A stretch of DNA of 64,000 bases, from assembly GCF_009914755.1 (NCBI RefSeq), contig NC_060945.1. The stretch is one strand, 5' to 3'. This document shows, one piece after another, positions 44,971 through 63,883 of the stretch. The first letter of the stretch is position 1. Each line of letters opens with the position of its first letter. The translations under genes and the position numbers were made by a program. The notes under the pieces were generated by a model that saw only the letters and a list, made by a program, of their open reading frames with translations, made no database searches and was not told the origin of the DNA. This stretch comes from the human T2T-CHM13v2.0 reference genome, Homo sapiens.

Positions 44971-45209
44971 AGCAACCCCAGAGGAATGACTGCACGCAGG
45001 GCCCACGCTCCCGGCCTCTGGGACGCTCACGGCAGCCCCACGAGAATGATCACACGAGGGCCCACGCTCCCGGCCTCGGGGACGCTCACGGCAGCCCCAC
45101 AAGAACGATCACACGAGGGCCCATGCTCCCAGCCTTGGGGACGCTCATGGCAGCCCCACGAGAATGATCACACGAGGGCCCACGCTCCCGGCCTCGGGGA
45201 CGCTCACGG
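44971..45209. repeat. 59-bp CpG-rich tandem repeat x~4 in POFUT2 intron 8
   Basis: gaatgatcacacgagggcccacgctcccggcctcggggacgctcacggcagccccacga, period 59. Confidence 0.92.
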
Positions 45210-45452
45210 ATGCTCAACAACACAGCAACAAGGACATGCCCAAGTCCAGGGCACGGGCAACTCTCAGGGCAGGGGGCAGACAGGGGCAGAAACCGGGAAT
45301 GATGGGAAAATGCGACACAAGAAGAGGTTCTGAGACGAGGCCAGCTATGCCAACAGCCTGCTATGGAGGAATTCTGTGCATGAGAACTAAAGGGGCAAGA
45401 TGAACAATTAACTTCAGCCCAGGGAAACACTGAACCAGATGCTACAGGAGAC

Positions 45453-45591
45453 TCAGACGAGGAGGCAAACAGTATGGAAATGACCACTGTGAACACAGGC
45501 GACCATCTGCTCTGACACCGAGTACTTGGGACAGAAGAACCTTTGAAAGCCACCCGACCCGCTCTCGGCCGACAGTGACGTGGGCAGGCAC
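45453..45591 (-). CDS. POFUT2: POFUT2 alternative C-terminus by read-through of the exon 8 donor
   Basis: In-frame [45 protein letters not shown], giving a 424-aa product consistent with a recalled annotated isoform. Confidence 0.7.
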
Positions 45592-45715
45592 CTGGCGTGT
45601 GCGCAGATCCACTGGTCAATAATCGCAACGCCTCCGTCCTTGTAGAGCTCCAGCTCCTCCCACGTGGGTTCAAACCTCACCATCTCGGGTAACAGCTTTT
45701 TTAGCTCTTCATATT
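45592..45715 (-). CDS. POFUT2: POFUT2 exon 8 (124 bp)
   Basis: AG/GT boundaries; [41 protein letters not shown]. Confidence 0.97.
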
Positions 45716-45967
45716 CTGCAAAGTAGAAGGAGAGACCCTTTGAACCGGGATCCTCCAGTAAGGACAGATACGTGACTCTTTAGCAGACAGACATGCGTAC
45801 TTGGCTTCTGGTTAATTCGTTAGGAACTGGCTCCAAAGGTGCAGACACACAACTCAGCTTTACCCTCCCAGGAATTACAGTTGAAGATCATGCAGATCTT
45901 CATGGATCTGGGTAGTTCCAGGTCTACCCAGAACAGAACCAGGGATCAAGAAGAAAGGAAAGAAACG

Positions 45968-47754
45968 TGCTCCCTCTCCCTCTCCTTCTCCCTCTCCCTC
46001 TCCCCACGGTCTCCCTCTCTTTCCACGGTCTCCCTCTCATGCGGAGCCAAAGCTGGACTGTGCTGCTGCCATCTCGGCTCACTGCAACCTCCCTGCCTGG
46101 TTCTCCTGCCTCAGCCTGCCGAGTGCCTGCGATTGCAGGCACGCGCCACCACGCCTGACTGGTTTTGGTGGAGACGGGGTTTCGCTGTGTTGGCCGGGCC
46201 GGTCTCCAGCCCCTAACCGCGAGTGATCCGCCAGCCTCGGCCTCCCGAGGTGCTGGGATTGCAGACGGAGTCTCGTTCACTCAGTGCTCGATGGTGCCCA
46301 GGCTGGAGTGCAGTGGCGTGATCTCGGCTCGCTACAACCTACACCTCCCAGCCGCCTGCCTTGGCCTCCCAAAGTGCCAAGATTGCAGCCTCTGCCCGGC
46401 CACCACCCCGTCTGGGAAGTGAGGAGTGTCTCTGCCTGGCCGCCCATCGTCTGGGATGTGAGGAGCCCCTCTGCCTGGCTGCCCAGTCTGGAAAGTGAGG
46501 AGCATCTCCGCCCGGCCGCCATCCCATCTAGGAAGTGAGGAGCACCTCTTTCCGGCCGCCATCACATCTAGGAAGTGAGGAGCGTCTCTGCCCAGCCGCC
46601 CATCGTCTGAGATGTGGGGAGCGCCTCTGCCCCGCCGCCCCATCTGGGATGTGAGGAGCGCCTCTGCCTGGCCACGACCCCGTCTGGGAGGTGAGGAGCG
46701 TCTCTGCCCGGCCGCCCCGTCTGAGAAGTGAGGAGCCTCTCCGCCCGGCAGCCACCCCATCTGGGAAGTGAGGAGCATCTCCGCCCGGCAGCCACCCCGT
46801 CCGGGAGGGAGGTGGGGGGGTCAGCCCCCCGCCCGGCCAGCTGCCCCGTCCGGGAGGGAGGTGGGGGGGTCAGCCCCCCGCCTGGCCAGCCGCCCCGTCC
46901 GGGAGGTGAGGGGCGCCTCTGCCTGGCCGCCCCTACTGGGAAGTGAAGAGCCCCTCTGCCCGGCCAGCCGCCCCGTCTGGGAGGGAGGTGGGGGGGTCAG
47001 CCCCCCGCCCGGCCAGCCGCCCCGTCCGGGAGGTGAGGGGCGCCTCTGCCCGGCCGCCCCTACTGGGAAGTGAAGAGCCCCTCTGCCCGGCCAGCCGCCC
47101 CGTCTGGGAGGGAGGTGGGGGGGTCAGCCCCCCGCCCGGCCAGCCGCCCCGTCCGGGAGGTGAGGGGCGCCTCTGCCTGGCCGCCCCTACTGGGAAGTGA
47201 AGAGCCCCTCTGCCCGGCCACCACCCCGTCTGGGAGGGGTACCCAACAGCTCATTGAGAACAGGCCAGGATGACAATGGCGGCTTTGTGGAATAGAAAGG
47301 CGGGAAAGGTGGGGAAAAGATTGAGAAATCGGATGGTTGCCGTGTCTGTGTAGAAAGAAGTAGACATGGGAGACTTTTCATTTTGTTCTGCACTAAGAAA
47401 AATTCTTCTGCCTTGGGATCCTGTTGATCTGTGACCTTACCCCCAACCCTGTGCTCTCTGAAACATGTGCTGTGTCCACTCAGGGTTAAATGGATTAAGG
47501 GCGGTACAAGATGTGCTTTGTTAAACAGACGCTTGAAGGCAGCATGCTCGTTAAGAGTCATCACCAATCCCTAATCTCAAGTACCCAGGGACACAAACAC
47601 TGCGGAAGGCCGCAGGGTCCTCTGCCTAGGAAAACCAGAGACCTTTGTTCACTTGTTTATCTGCTGACCTTCCCTCCACTATTGTTCCATGACCCTGCCA
47701 AAATCCCCGTCTGTGAGAAACACCCAAGAATTATCAATAAAAAAAATAAATTAA
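45968..47754 (+). mobile_element. Full-length SVA retrotransposon (SVA_F-like), antisense to POFUT2
   Basis: (CCCTCT)n, Alu-like domain, GC-rich VNTR, SINE-R, AATAAA/A-tail; 17-bp TSD aagaaaggaaagaaacg at 45951-45967 and 47755-47771; subfamily less certain. Confidence 0.95.
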
Positions 47755-47791
47755 AAGAAAGGAAAGAAACGAAAGCATTGAAGCTCCATAC

Positions 47792-47972
47792 CCTTTCTGA
47801 CGGCATCTGTGGCCACAAACACCTTGTCCAGCCGGTGGGTCTTCATGAGGCTGCGGATCTTCCTCACGGCCCCTTCCAGACTGGGTACATCCTGTCTGTG
47901 ACCCCAGATGAAATCTTTTCTTCTCAGGTGGACTCCCAGGTAGGGGCCCCCTAGCGCGGAGCCCAGCTTGAC
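47792..47972 (-). CDS. POFUT2: POFUT2 exon 7 (181 bp)
   Basis: [60 protein letters not shown]; contains R294. Confidence 0.97.
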
Positions 47973-48349
47973 CTAGCAAAGAACCACAAGGAAATGCAGA
48001 AGCTGACAGGCGGGCTCGGGGCTCATCCTGGGCACCAGGTGGGACTCGAGACGCAGAGGGATGACCCTTTCCATGTGGCCTCCTCCACGGGGTGGCTCCA
48101 GGGCTGTCTAAGGGATTCAGGTGGAATCTCGGGGGCGACCAGATGTCTTTCTAAGAAGACAGTGAAGCAGTATTAATTACCAGAAATCATTTTATCTGAG
48201 GTAAAGAAAAATATTTAAAAAGAGAACAGCATGTGGAGGCTCACGCTGTGAACTTTTCCTCCGAGAACCACCGCAGGGACGTGCCACAAAGAGTTCACGG
48301 ATCCTGTGGACAAAGCAGCTCACAGCTGCAAACTCCCCGGGAGCCAGAA

Positions 48350-54200
<5,851 letters not shown>

Positions 54201-54969
54201 AAAAAAAACACTGAAAAGAAACACAAGTGGGATAAAAATGAAAAAAAATCTTCTATATTTTTTCCCCAGTAAAAACTGTCCAAGTAACTTAATTATTGCT
54301 GGAACAATGAATGCTATTCCACTTGGAAATAGCTCAAATACCCCATAAAGAACAAGCGAGTAAAATGGCACTTCTATGAAAGTTTTGTTTAAAAAACGCT
54401 AAAAACAGACACTGAAAATGCTTAAAAACAATATCAAGTTGAAAAAGCAACACATTTGTTGAAATTACATCACAGAAAAACTCAAACTTTCAGAAAACAC
54501 TTAAAAATATATACAAAGAATAAGAAAAGGATGATTCTAGACCAAAACAGCACTGATGGTGCTTTTGGGTGAGTCCAGGTGAACGCTGCTTTTTTCTCTT
54601 TATCAATCAAGTCAAGAGGGAAAAAGGCCGAACGTGCCTCTGACCACCTCGAGCTCCTGCTTCCGCGCTCCTGGCCTTGCCGCGCTCTGAGAACACCTTT
54701 GAGTCCGCTGGGCCTGCCATGACTGCCCGTGTTACTAAAGGTAAAGCCAGGCCGAGTGACTCCCTGAGTCTGCACATGACGAGGGCCCCAGGGTCCCGGC
54801 GCCTCCCGAGAGCAGGTCATTACTGTGACTCACATTCCAGAGAGGCGCCGAGGCATCCACGCCCACAGACACGCCAACCCTGCTGTGACTTTACATGGAA
54901 GGCCTGAGTGTGGGGCATCTCCAGAGAGACTTTACCTTTTCTCTAATTAACAAAAGGGAGGGGGGCTAC

Positions 54970-55095
54970 CTTCATCTTCATCCAGTCCTCCTGGAAGGGG
55001 ATCCTGTCTGCGTCGTCCGTGGAGTTGAGATGTCTGCTCCTGAACTCGTCTCCCACCTCCCGCAGGTGCCTGGCAAACACCATGCTGCGACGGGT
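54970..55095 (-). CDS. POFUT2: POFUT2 exon 6 (126 bp)
   Basis: [42 protein letters not shown]; AG/GT. Confidence 0.97.
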
Positions 55096-56055
55096 CTGTG
55101 GAAACGGCGACGGCTCGGCTGAGAACACGCCCGCCCGCCACGCAGCCCTCCCGGAGCGGGTTCTCCTGTCGCTGCCACCACCCACCCCCGCAGCTGGAAC
55201 AAGCCCCTCAGACACGTCATCCACGGTCGCCTGAGAAGCAGCGCCATCCACGGTGGAGGCTCTTGGAGGGTCTCCTGCATGAAGCCAACGCAGGGCAAGC
55301 CGCCCACCCCTGCCGGCTCTGCCAGCCCCTGCCGTGGGAAGCTGCGGCACACACTGGGCTCAGCTGGCCGTTGCCCCTGGCTGGCACAACTGTGTGCAGC
55401 TCCTTCCCCTCAGTCTCTCCCCAACTCGACTTCTAGCTTAGGCGGTTAGCACATCCTGCTTTGCCAAACGGGGTGGGACTGACCTGCACAAAGTCCCACG
55501 TGAGCAGGGACTGTGTCTCCTGCAGGCAGGTTCCGGCTTTACAAGCTGCTGCCCTGGTGAACACGTCAGCAGGCCTGCTGTGTCCACGGGAGGGGGCAGC
55601 CACTTCCCGCCCTCTGCTCCCACTCACTCACAGAACCAGGGGTGGCTATGGAAAGTCACCCCATCAATGCGGAAATCAACGCCAACGGAAAAGACCCGCT
55701 GCAGAGAATAGTCCCACCTTTCAAAGCTAAAGAGAGGAGAAAGGAGGGGTCTACGTTCCAGCCACTGACGGAGTCACTGACTCCGGGGCTGACTCCAGGG
55801 CGCTGCCACCGCATTCAGGGCCTGTGGCATCAGAGGGGAGAGCTGGGTGGCCCTGCGTGCTCCCGAGGACCTGGCTCTGCAGCCACGTGAGGCTTGGGGG
55901 TGGCACAGTCACCGCAGTTGCCCAAATCCATGGCTTAAAATGATGGTTTTAATCAGCAAGGTTCAAAAAGAGCTGTCGACTGTTTTAAATTTTCAAAAGC
56001 TAAATAATGGGCAACATACACTAACTGAGAAAAACGCTCCCGAGGAAACACTCAC

Positions 56056-56122
56056 ATCCCAGTATTCTTTCCCTCCATAGTGGTCGTGAAGTAGGTTCTC
56101 GGCTCTGTCTAACATCACGGAC
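56056..56122 (-). CDS. POFUT2: POFUT2 exon 5 (67 bp)
   Basis: [22 protein letters not shown]; aacAG / GTGAGT. Confidence 0.96.
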
Positions 56123-57058
56123 CTGTTTTTAAACAACAGAAGAATAAACAGTTATAAGAGTTAAGGATGATGACATTCACACTCTCAGAGCACAAACTGG
56201 GAGAACCCCGGGCCGAGGAAGCAGAGACCAAGTCTCCGAGGGACACTAACCAGGGCGCGTTGGGTGGTTATGGCTGAGACACAGGCAGGCTGCTGTCTGG
56301 CCTCCACACCACGGTTCTGAGAGGGCTTTAATGCCGGCTGTCAACGAACAGAATGACATCAGAGAAAAGTATCTCCTAATTTGAGGAGTGTATTTGACAG
56401 TGGGCAAAAGGCTTGGAATCCAGGATCCACCGACGGCTATGGCAAGCTGCAGGCGTGCCTGAGGAGGGGAGGGTGGGGGAAGCTTTTCTTTGACAAAAAG
56501 GAGAGGTTCACATAAGCTGCCTGGAAACAAATTCACTGACTCGAGCTCAAAGCCGGAGCTGCATCTGTTCCGTGGTAGAGACGCCATTCCTGGGCAGGCA
56601 TTCTTTCCACAGCGTCTCGTCCGAATTACTGCAACCCTTGTCCGGTGGCAAACCTAGTCCCAGGAACACGGGCACACGACTGAAGCAGCGGCTGTGAAAG
56701 GTGAGGTGCGTGAAGCACGTGAGGAACGTCCTGGGGTTATTTCAGAGAGCCCTCCAGCTGGCCTTTATCTCAGACTCGCAGGCAGGTGCCTCCTCCTCAG
56801 TGCCTTCCTTGCTCCAGTTTGGGTCTGACAAGTCATCCTGGTGCCTGTGACTGTCACGTTACCTAATTCCACGTGGGAAGTGCCTCTCCTATTCCAGCCA
56901 TTGAGCCAACCGTCTCACCAAACTCCCCCCAGGGCTCTTGATGCAAAATAAAAACGAAACACACAAAATGGACCGTGAGCAAATAGACCTGAATATTGGG
57001 GTGGTAAAGGCTGGAATACAAAAACGCAGAAATTTTTAAGGAAAAATAAAAATTTTAA

Positions 57059-57656
<598 letters not shown>

Positions 57657-58584
57657 TTACGCCCTCATGGTTCACACAAAGACTCTTCTACAGAAACCTG
57701 GAAACAACCAAAAGCCACATTTTCTTCCATCTGTACACAGACAACTGCAAAAGAACGAGGTGATGTCCATGTGTCGTAATACCCAGGTGAATGGCTGGGT
57801 GGGAAGAAAGGGCAGACTGAAAACCGCATGGAGAGGGCACGTGTGGTGATTCCACGTGTGTTTCAAAAGATGGCTGCATGCACAGGCGGCCATGTGAGGC
57901 GATTTCTGGAGAGATGGGTGTAGCTGGATTCAGTGGGTGCCTCCGGCCCTGCTTCTAATGCCGTTTTAAGGGCTTTTTATGAAATGCAATACTGCACTTC
58001 AAGACGCACATTCCACACGGGCGCGGGTAGAGGACATTCCGCACGGGCACAGGTAGACAAACTGCTCCAAAATGAACACGGTGCAGCCCCCACCCGGGTG
58101 GAGGAACAAGGAGGAAGAAAGCGCTTCACACACTTGCTCTGCCCCGTCCTCAGGGGCCTCCCCGGCATCCTCCCATCTCTCCCTCCGATGCACGGGACTG
58201 TCTTTGACCTTCATGCACATGGAACATGACTACATTTATCTTTTTCTTTTTTTTTACTGGGCATTATATCTTGATTTCTCTTTGTTGAACACGGCAGCAG
58301 GTTGCCCATCTTCAGCTGTGGATCTACCACACTCTATCCAGTGCGTGGCTGAGGGGTGCACGTGTTTTCCTGGTCCGGGGAGGCTATGAACGTTCCTGGG
58401 CAGGGGTCTGCGGGTGCATGTCCCGCATTCAGGGTGCACTGGGTTCCCAGGGTTTTACCAGATTCTTGCTCCAGGAGCAGCCTTTGAGCCCCTGCAGGCC
58501 TGTCCTCCCGACAGCGGTTGGTTTCCCGAGCATGACAGCAATGGGGGCACCTGCTCGCATTAACAGCAGCTGTCCTTACTCCTG

Positions 58585-58797
58585 AATCGCATGGATCCTG
58601 TGTTGGACTCACCTCACCCCAGGCTGCCCGTCCCTCACTCGCTGAGTTTCGTCTCAATTGCACGGATCCCGTCTTGGACTCGCCTCACCCCAGGCTGCCT
58701 GTCCCTCACTCGCTGGGTTTCGTCTCAATTGCACGGATCCCGTCTTGGACTCGCCTCACCCCAGGCTGCCCGTCCCTCACTCGCTGAGTTTCGTCTC
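58585..58797. repeat. 71-bp tandem repeat x3
   Basis: GGATCC anchor at 58593, 58664, 58735. Confidence 0.92.
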
Positions 58798-60301
58798 CTG
58801 TATCCCAGAGAGTCCTTAGTTTATCAAATGTGCTGCAGGACCTCCCTCTCTGAGGCCTGTCTCCATTTTTCTAATGGACAAAAGTTCTTGATTTTAAAGT
58901 AACTGGCTTTACCAATCTTTCTTTTTTGGTCCATGCTTTTCCCATCTTGTTGAAGAAAGCTTTCTGCCCCACGGTGGTGAGGCTCCTCTCCTGACGGCTT
59001 GATAGCTTCACCTTCCCATTAGGGCTTTAACCCCCGGAAGAGACTTTCCCTGGGTGCTGGGGGCAGATGACCTCACCGCCCATCATCAGCCTCCTTTTCC
59101 ACTGCGCCTTTTCCCCCTGCTCCCCGGCAGAAGCGTTTCTCCTAAATCAGGACCATCTAGTTGGAAGCCCCCTCTGGGCTCAGCTCCATTCTAACCTGTA
59201 AATGTGAGTCAAAAAAACTGACTGGCAAGACTGTTCCACAGGCCCCAAACGTAGGCAGACTGGCTTCCAAAACCCGAATATTGTCATGAAATGAACCCAG
59301 TCCCAGGACAACATTAAAGCTGCATCTCAACAACCAAAACAATTCAGCCTAGCTCCCTCCACAACCTCTGAGTTCTGTCTGCAACAGCCGGGCTGGCTGA
59401 GCAGCAGACACGCGGGCCTGTGATGGAGCCACCTGCCTTCACAAAGGCCCAGAGCAGCTGAGACCATGTGGTCCCGGCCCGCTGGGGCCAGCGGCAGCTG
59501 TTACTGACCAGGGTGATACCGAGCCAGCTGTGATGTGCAACAGGATCGTGGCTGATGGCCTCTAGAGGCACACACAGGGCACGACAGCAGACAAGGCAGC
59601 CTCAACGTGGGCAAGTGCGAGGGGCACCCGTGCCCTGCTATGCCTGGTCTATGGGAGACGCTCACAGTGCCTGCTGGGGGATTCAGAAGACCCAAGGGAG
59701 GTGACGGAGAGGGTCCCAGTCTGCAGCAAGTTCTAAGAACGTGGCCATCAACAATTCCCTCCAGAGTTTACGACATCATCAGGTACTGACTTGTCTGCAA
59801 CCCCAGCCTCCTGGGTGGACCCTCGAGGCCCAGCTCACCAGGCCGGCGACCACTTGAGGCAGACGCATGGCCAAAGGTGGCTGCATGATCCTCCCCAGAC
59901 CCGTGAGGCAGAAAACAGATCAAACAGTGGGTGTTGGGTGTGGGGACGGGGGAGGTACTGGTAAAAGCTGCCCAAGTGCTACAAATCGAGAACAGTCTCA
60001 TGGTGAGCTCCCCGCCGCCCCCAGCCCAGCTCAGCCCCTCCCTGTGCACCTGGCCGGGCCGAGCCCTCACCTCTGTGCCCCTCACCCGCTGTCCACGTCA
60101 CCCACTGCACCCACTGGGCTGTTTCGCAGAGACACATGCAAGCACTTCCCTAACCACCACCCCCCAGGGCCCCCAGGGTCCGCTGTCTGTGAGGTGGGTG
60201 GGCCAGGGATGCGGGAGTATGGGCGGAGAGCCCCCAGCCCAGCATGCACGGAGCAGACGCCACAGCCTCCAGGCTGCTCCCGGGGGGCCTGGGGCACTCA
60301 C

Positions 60302-60412
60302 CGGGCTGATGTGTTTCTCAGCAGCAGGGGCGCCACGATGGAGGCTGAGCCCTGGACGGACAGACAGGAGACGTTTAGACCCCTGGTCTCCTCATAACCC
60401 CAAAACCATCCT
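60302..60412 (-). CDS. POFUT2: POFUT2 exon 4 (111 bp)
   Basis: [37 protein letters not shown]; AG/GT. Confidence 0.97.
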
Positions 60413-61337
60413 CTGGAAAACAAAACCCACAGCAGCTCTATCAGTTTATTTTGCTTTCACAAGGAAAACAAATCAAGTCTAGACACGCACACACTGTGGC
60501 TTGCTCCTGATGAAACGCGGCTGCTTTAGGAAAACTTACTGATTGTGACTGCAGATCGTGACATTCTAGTAAAATTTTAAAAGAAGCCCACGAGTGTCTC
60601 TCAGGCTGATGGACCACTGAGGCTTTCCCCATGATAGGGGCTGGCGGGATGGCCGGGGAGGCAGAGGGAGCCGGACAGAGGCAGCCCTGTGCACCTTCAG
60701 GGCCAGCCTGGCTGTGACCGTCAGCCAAGTCAACCGCGCCCTTCCCAAGAGCTCACCTGCCATGCTTTAGAGCCAGCTGCCCTGGCACTGGACACATGGA
60801 GGCTGTTAACTGACAGCTTTTCCACAGGAGGCCTGGTAGTGTCAGAGCCTTTAATGGCAATCGACACTTGGGACTGACAAGACCTCCATCCCTGTGGCAA
60901 CATCCAAATGCATGAAAAGACACAGGGAAAGAGGCACGGGGTCTCAGCCAGATGTTCATCACGGCCCATTCTCCAGGCCTCAGCACAAAGGGGAACCGCC
61001 TGTCAAGGACGAGGAACGGTGTGGGCAGCCACAAGCGCTACCACCACAAGGGCCGCCGCAACACTGTCAGGATGCCCAGGAGGGGACGCCCAGAACCCTG
61101 CATCAGCAACCAGCATGGGCAGCGAGGGCACTGCGGGGGAGGCGGTTGCGGCCGGGGGGAGTGGGGGGTGAAGACACCGTGGCGGGGGGAGGCGGGGTGC
61201 TGCAGGGGGGGCGGGGGGCACCCATGGTGGTGGGGAGGAGTGGGCGGGGGGCGCCTGAGGCGGGGGGGGGGGGGGACGCATGCGGCAGGGGGAGGTGGGG
61301 GGGCACCTGCGGCAGGGGGAGCAGCCTCAGCAGGCAC

Positions 61338-61482
61338 CTGTAGTACTCGTGCTTGTCCTGGGAGTACAGGAGCTGATCAATACACGGCCGCTCGTCCACC
61401 TTCTCTTCCCAGGTCCCTTCTTTCCACCCCTCTGCGTAACTTTGCAGGACGTAAACCTGGTCAATAAAGGGCCCACCAGATT
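61338..61482 (-). CDS. POFUT2: POFUT2 exon 3 (145 bp)
   Basis: [48 protein letters not shown]. Confidence 0.97.
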
Positions 61483-62055
61483 CTGAAAGACACCAAGAAA
61501 AGCCAGGCAGTGTGACAGCGATCAGAAGCTCACTTACGGGCATGCATCAGTCACCAGCAGCTGACTCTTACTACTGTACACCACCCTATTCCCAAAGGGA
61601 GTGTAGGAGGCTCACAAAAGCAGAGACAGGGCAGAGCACATGCCATGAGGGCACAGGGCCATCAGCGTGCAACTGCAGCTGGCGGGGGGTGGTGTGGAGC
61701 TGGTACCCGATTCCCCGGCCCTACCCCTGCCTGGCTGCAGCAGGCCCCATCCTCACAGGGGCCCGTGTGAGCCCATCCAGCCCTCACGCCGTGGTCCAGG
61801 CTGTTCCCTGCCAGGACCACTCCCCTTGGGGGCTCGCCCTCCGGCCCTCTGTGAGGCCACTGTCCCCTACCCCCCTGGTTTCCCACAGCGCTCCTCACCC
61901 CCTCGGCCACCATCTACTGCACTGGTGTCCTGCCTCCCCCGGGGACAGAGGCTCAGGTGAGCAGGAGTCGTGCCTCTTACCCACGGCCCGACCCGCACCA
62001 AGAAGGTGGCACTGTGACGCCCAAGAGGTCAGCAATTAAGATCTGCTCAAAGGCA

Positions 62056-62234
62056 GCAGGAATAAAGCGGGAGGGAGCACCGCGCAGGTGAAGTTCTGGG
62101 GCAGGAACAAAGCGGGAGGGAGCACCGCGCAGGTGAAATTCTGGGGCAGGAACAAAGCGGGAGGGAGCATCGCGCAGGTGAAGTTCTGGGGCAGGAACAA
62201 AGCGGGAGGGAGCATCGCGAAGGTGAAGTTCTGG
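62056..62234. repeat. 45-bp tandem repeat x4 in POFUT2 intron 2
   Basis: GCAGGAA anchor at 62056, 62101, 62146, 62191. Confidence 0.93.
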
Positions 62235-63632
62235 TATCCTTTTTGCTCACTCATGACTGGGGGCTAAGGGCTGCGTGGCCTAAGGGCCTGAGGCCACAGC
62301 TGCGGGGGCTTCTTTTAGGCTAGTGGGAGGTGGTGAAGATCCTGCACGCTGGGCGCTATGTCAGCCACATCAGGAGCTCACCGTGTGCAGTCTCTTGGCA
62401 GCCTCGCCCTAGGACAGGCACCCAGTTCCTTCCCCACCTCACAGGCGAGGAAACAGCTCAGCAAAGCCCCAGGCTGGTGGATGGCAGGTAAGCGTGAGAC
62501 CAGCATATGTGCCTCAGAAGCTCATTACACAGCATCTGTCTTCCCAGACCTTCCCAAGCACTTGGATGCCCAAGGCCCAGACCTGTCCGCTTCCCTGTCA
62601 GGAAACCCACTGGTACCAAAGGGAGGTAAGGATAGCATCTCTGGGTTCCTATAACCCAATGTTCAGACCGAGGGCTGGCTGCTAGTTAGACCCAATACCC
62701 AACCACAGCTTTCATCTTCCAGGACTCACAAGCAAATTTTAAAGTCAACTCAGGAAAGGACGCACTCCAGGAATGCTTTTTACAAGCAGCAGACTTTCTG
62801 ACTTGGTATCAACAAGGATGTTGGAGGTTACCGCCTGTTGTTGCATGCCCCTAGCACTCACAAGACTGACCTTGACACAGAAAACATTTCAGAGTGACAA
62901 GATCTAGGGTGCAACGAGAACCACATCCTTGAAAAATGATGACACGGGAGCCACACTCCTTGGCAGGGAGCAAAGGTCTCTAAGCCCCGAGAGTGGCTGT
63001 CGAGTAAGAACTCAACAGATGCTGGAAAGCAGGAGCCTGACTCAAAACTAACTCATTCGTCTTCAAGGCCTCTCAAGTGCAGCAGCAAAGCATCACTTAC
63101 CTTTATCTCTTCCAAACAACGCAACACAAAAAGCTCTAAATACCTTCATTCTAAGAAGAGCTTTAATTCTTCTCTTAAAATTAACTGAAAAGATGAAGCA
63201 ACACAAAATTAAACGAGACAGACCTTTATCCCTGGCGCTGCACTGAGACACCACGAAGCATACTCCACACGCAGTGCGTCTTCCTGAACGTAAAACAGCC
63301 TTTCGCACAGGGAGCCGAGTCCTGTCACTATAACACCCAGGGGTGGCCGCTTTCTTAGGGTGTAAGGGCGGCTCTAACTGAGGGAGCACAAAGCTCATCC
63401 ACTTCAGGTCCATTTCCGAGAAACATTTTGGGAAGCTCACTGCAGCGTGGGAAAGGGACTGTGCTCCTGAACGGAGGAGGTGCTGCCACAGGCCTCAGGC
63501 AGCAGCACTGGGCACTGGAGGATGCTGGTGAGGCTGGATGCAATCGTAAGCCCAACCTGATGTCTACCTTAGAAATGACTGCCTGGCCCCAGTTAAGCAA
63601 CCACGGCCTCCCAGCGTGCCGCTCGGCCTCAC

Positions 63633-63883
63633 CTGCGATGAACTGCTCATACTCGATGACAGGGATGTTTTTATTGAGACTTGGAAGATCAAAAAACTCA
63701 GACCAGGGAATCCGGACCTGGTGGATGTCAGGACTCTGCCAGTGATAGAGGCGGCCCCATGGAGGCAGGACAAGCACCCACTCCTCCGTCTTCAGCAGAG
63801 TCTTCAGGAGAGAGGCGATTCGGATATAGACATCCCTGCGCAGGTTGAAGCCTTCCGGGGGGTTGACGTCATACAGAAGATAC
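63633..63883 (-). CDS. POFUT2: POFUT2 exon 2 (251 bp)
   Basis: [83 protein letters not shown]; includes catalytic E54; exon phases chain without stops to exon 9. Confidence 0.97.

Noticed and set aside
45839-47567. Dense cluster of ORFs
   Set aside because: All within the SVA Alu-like, VNTR and SINE-R domains
63864-63871. CRE palindrome TGACGTCA in exon 2
   Set aside because: Explained by the Tyr-Asp-Val-Asn codons
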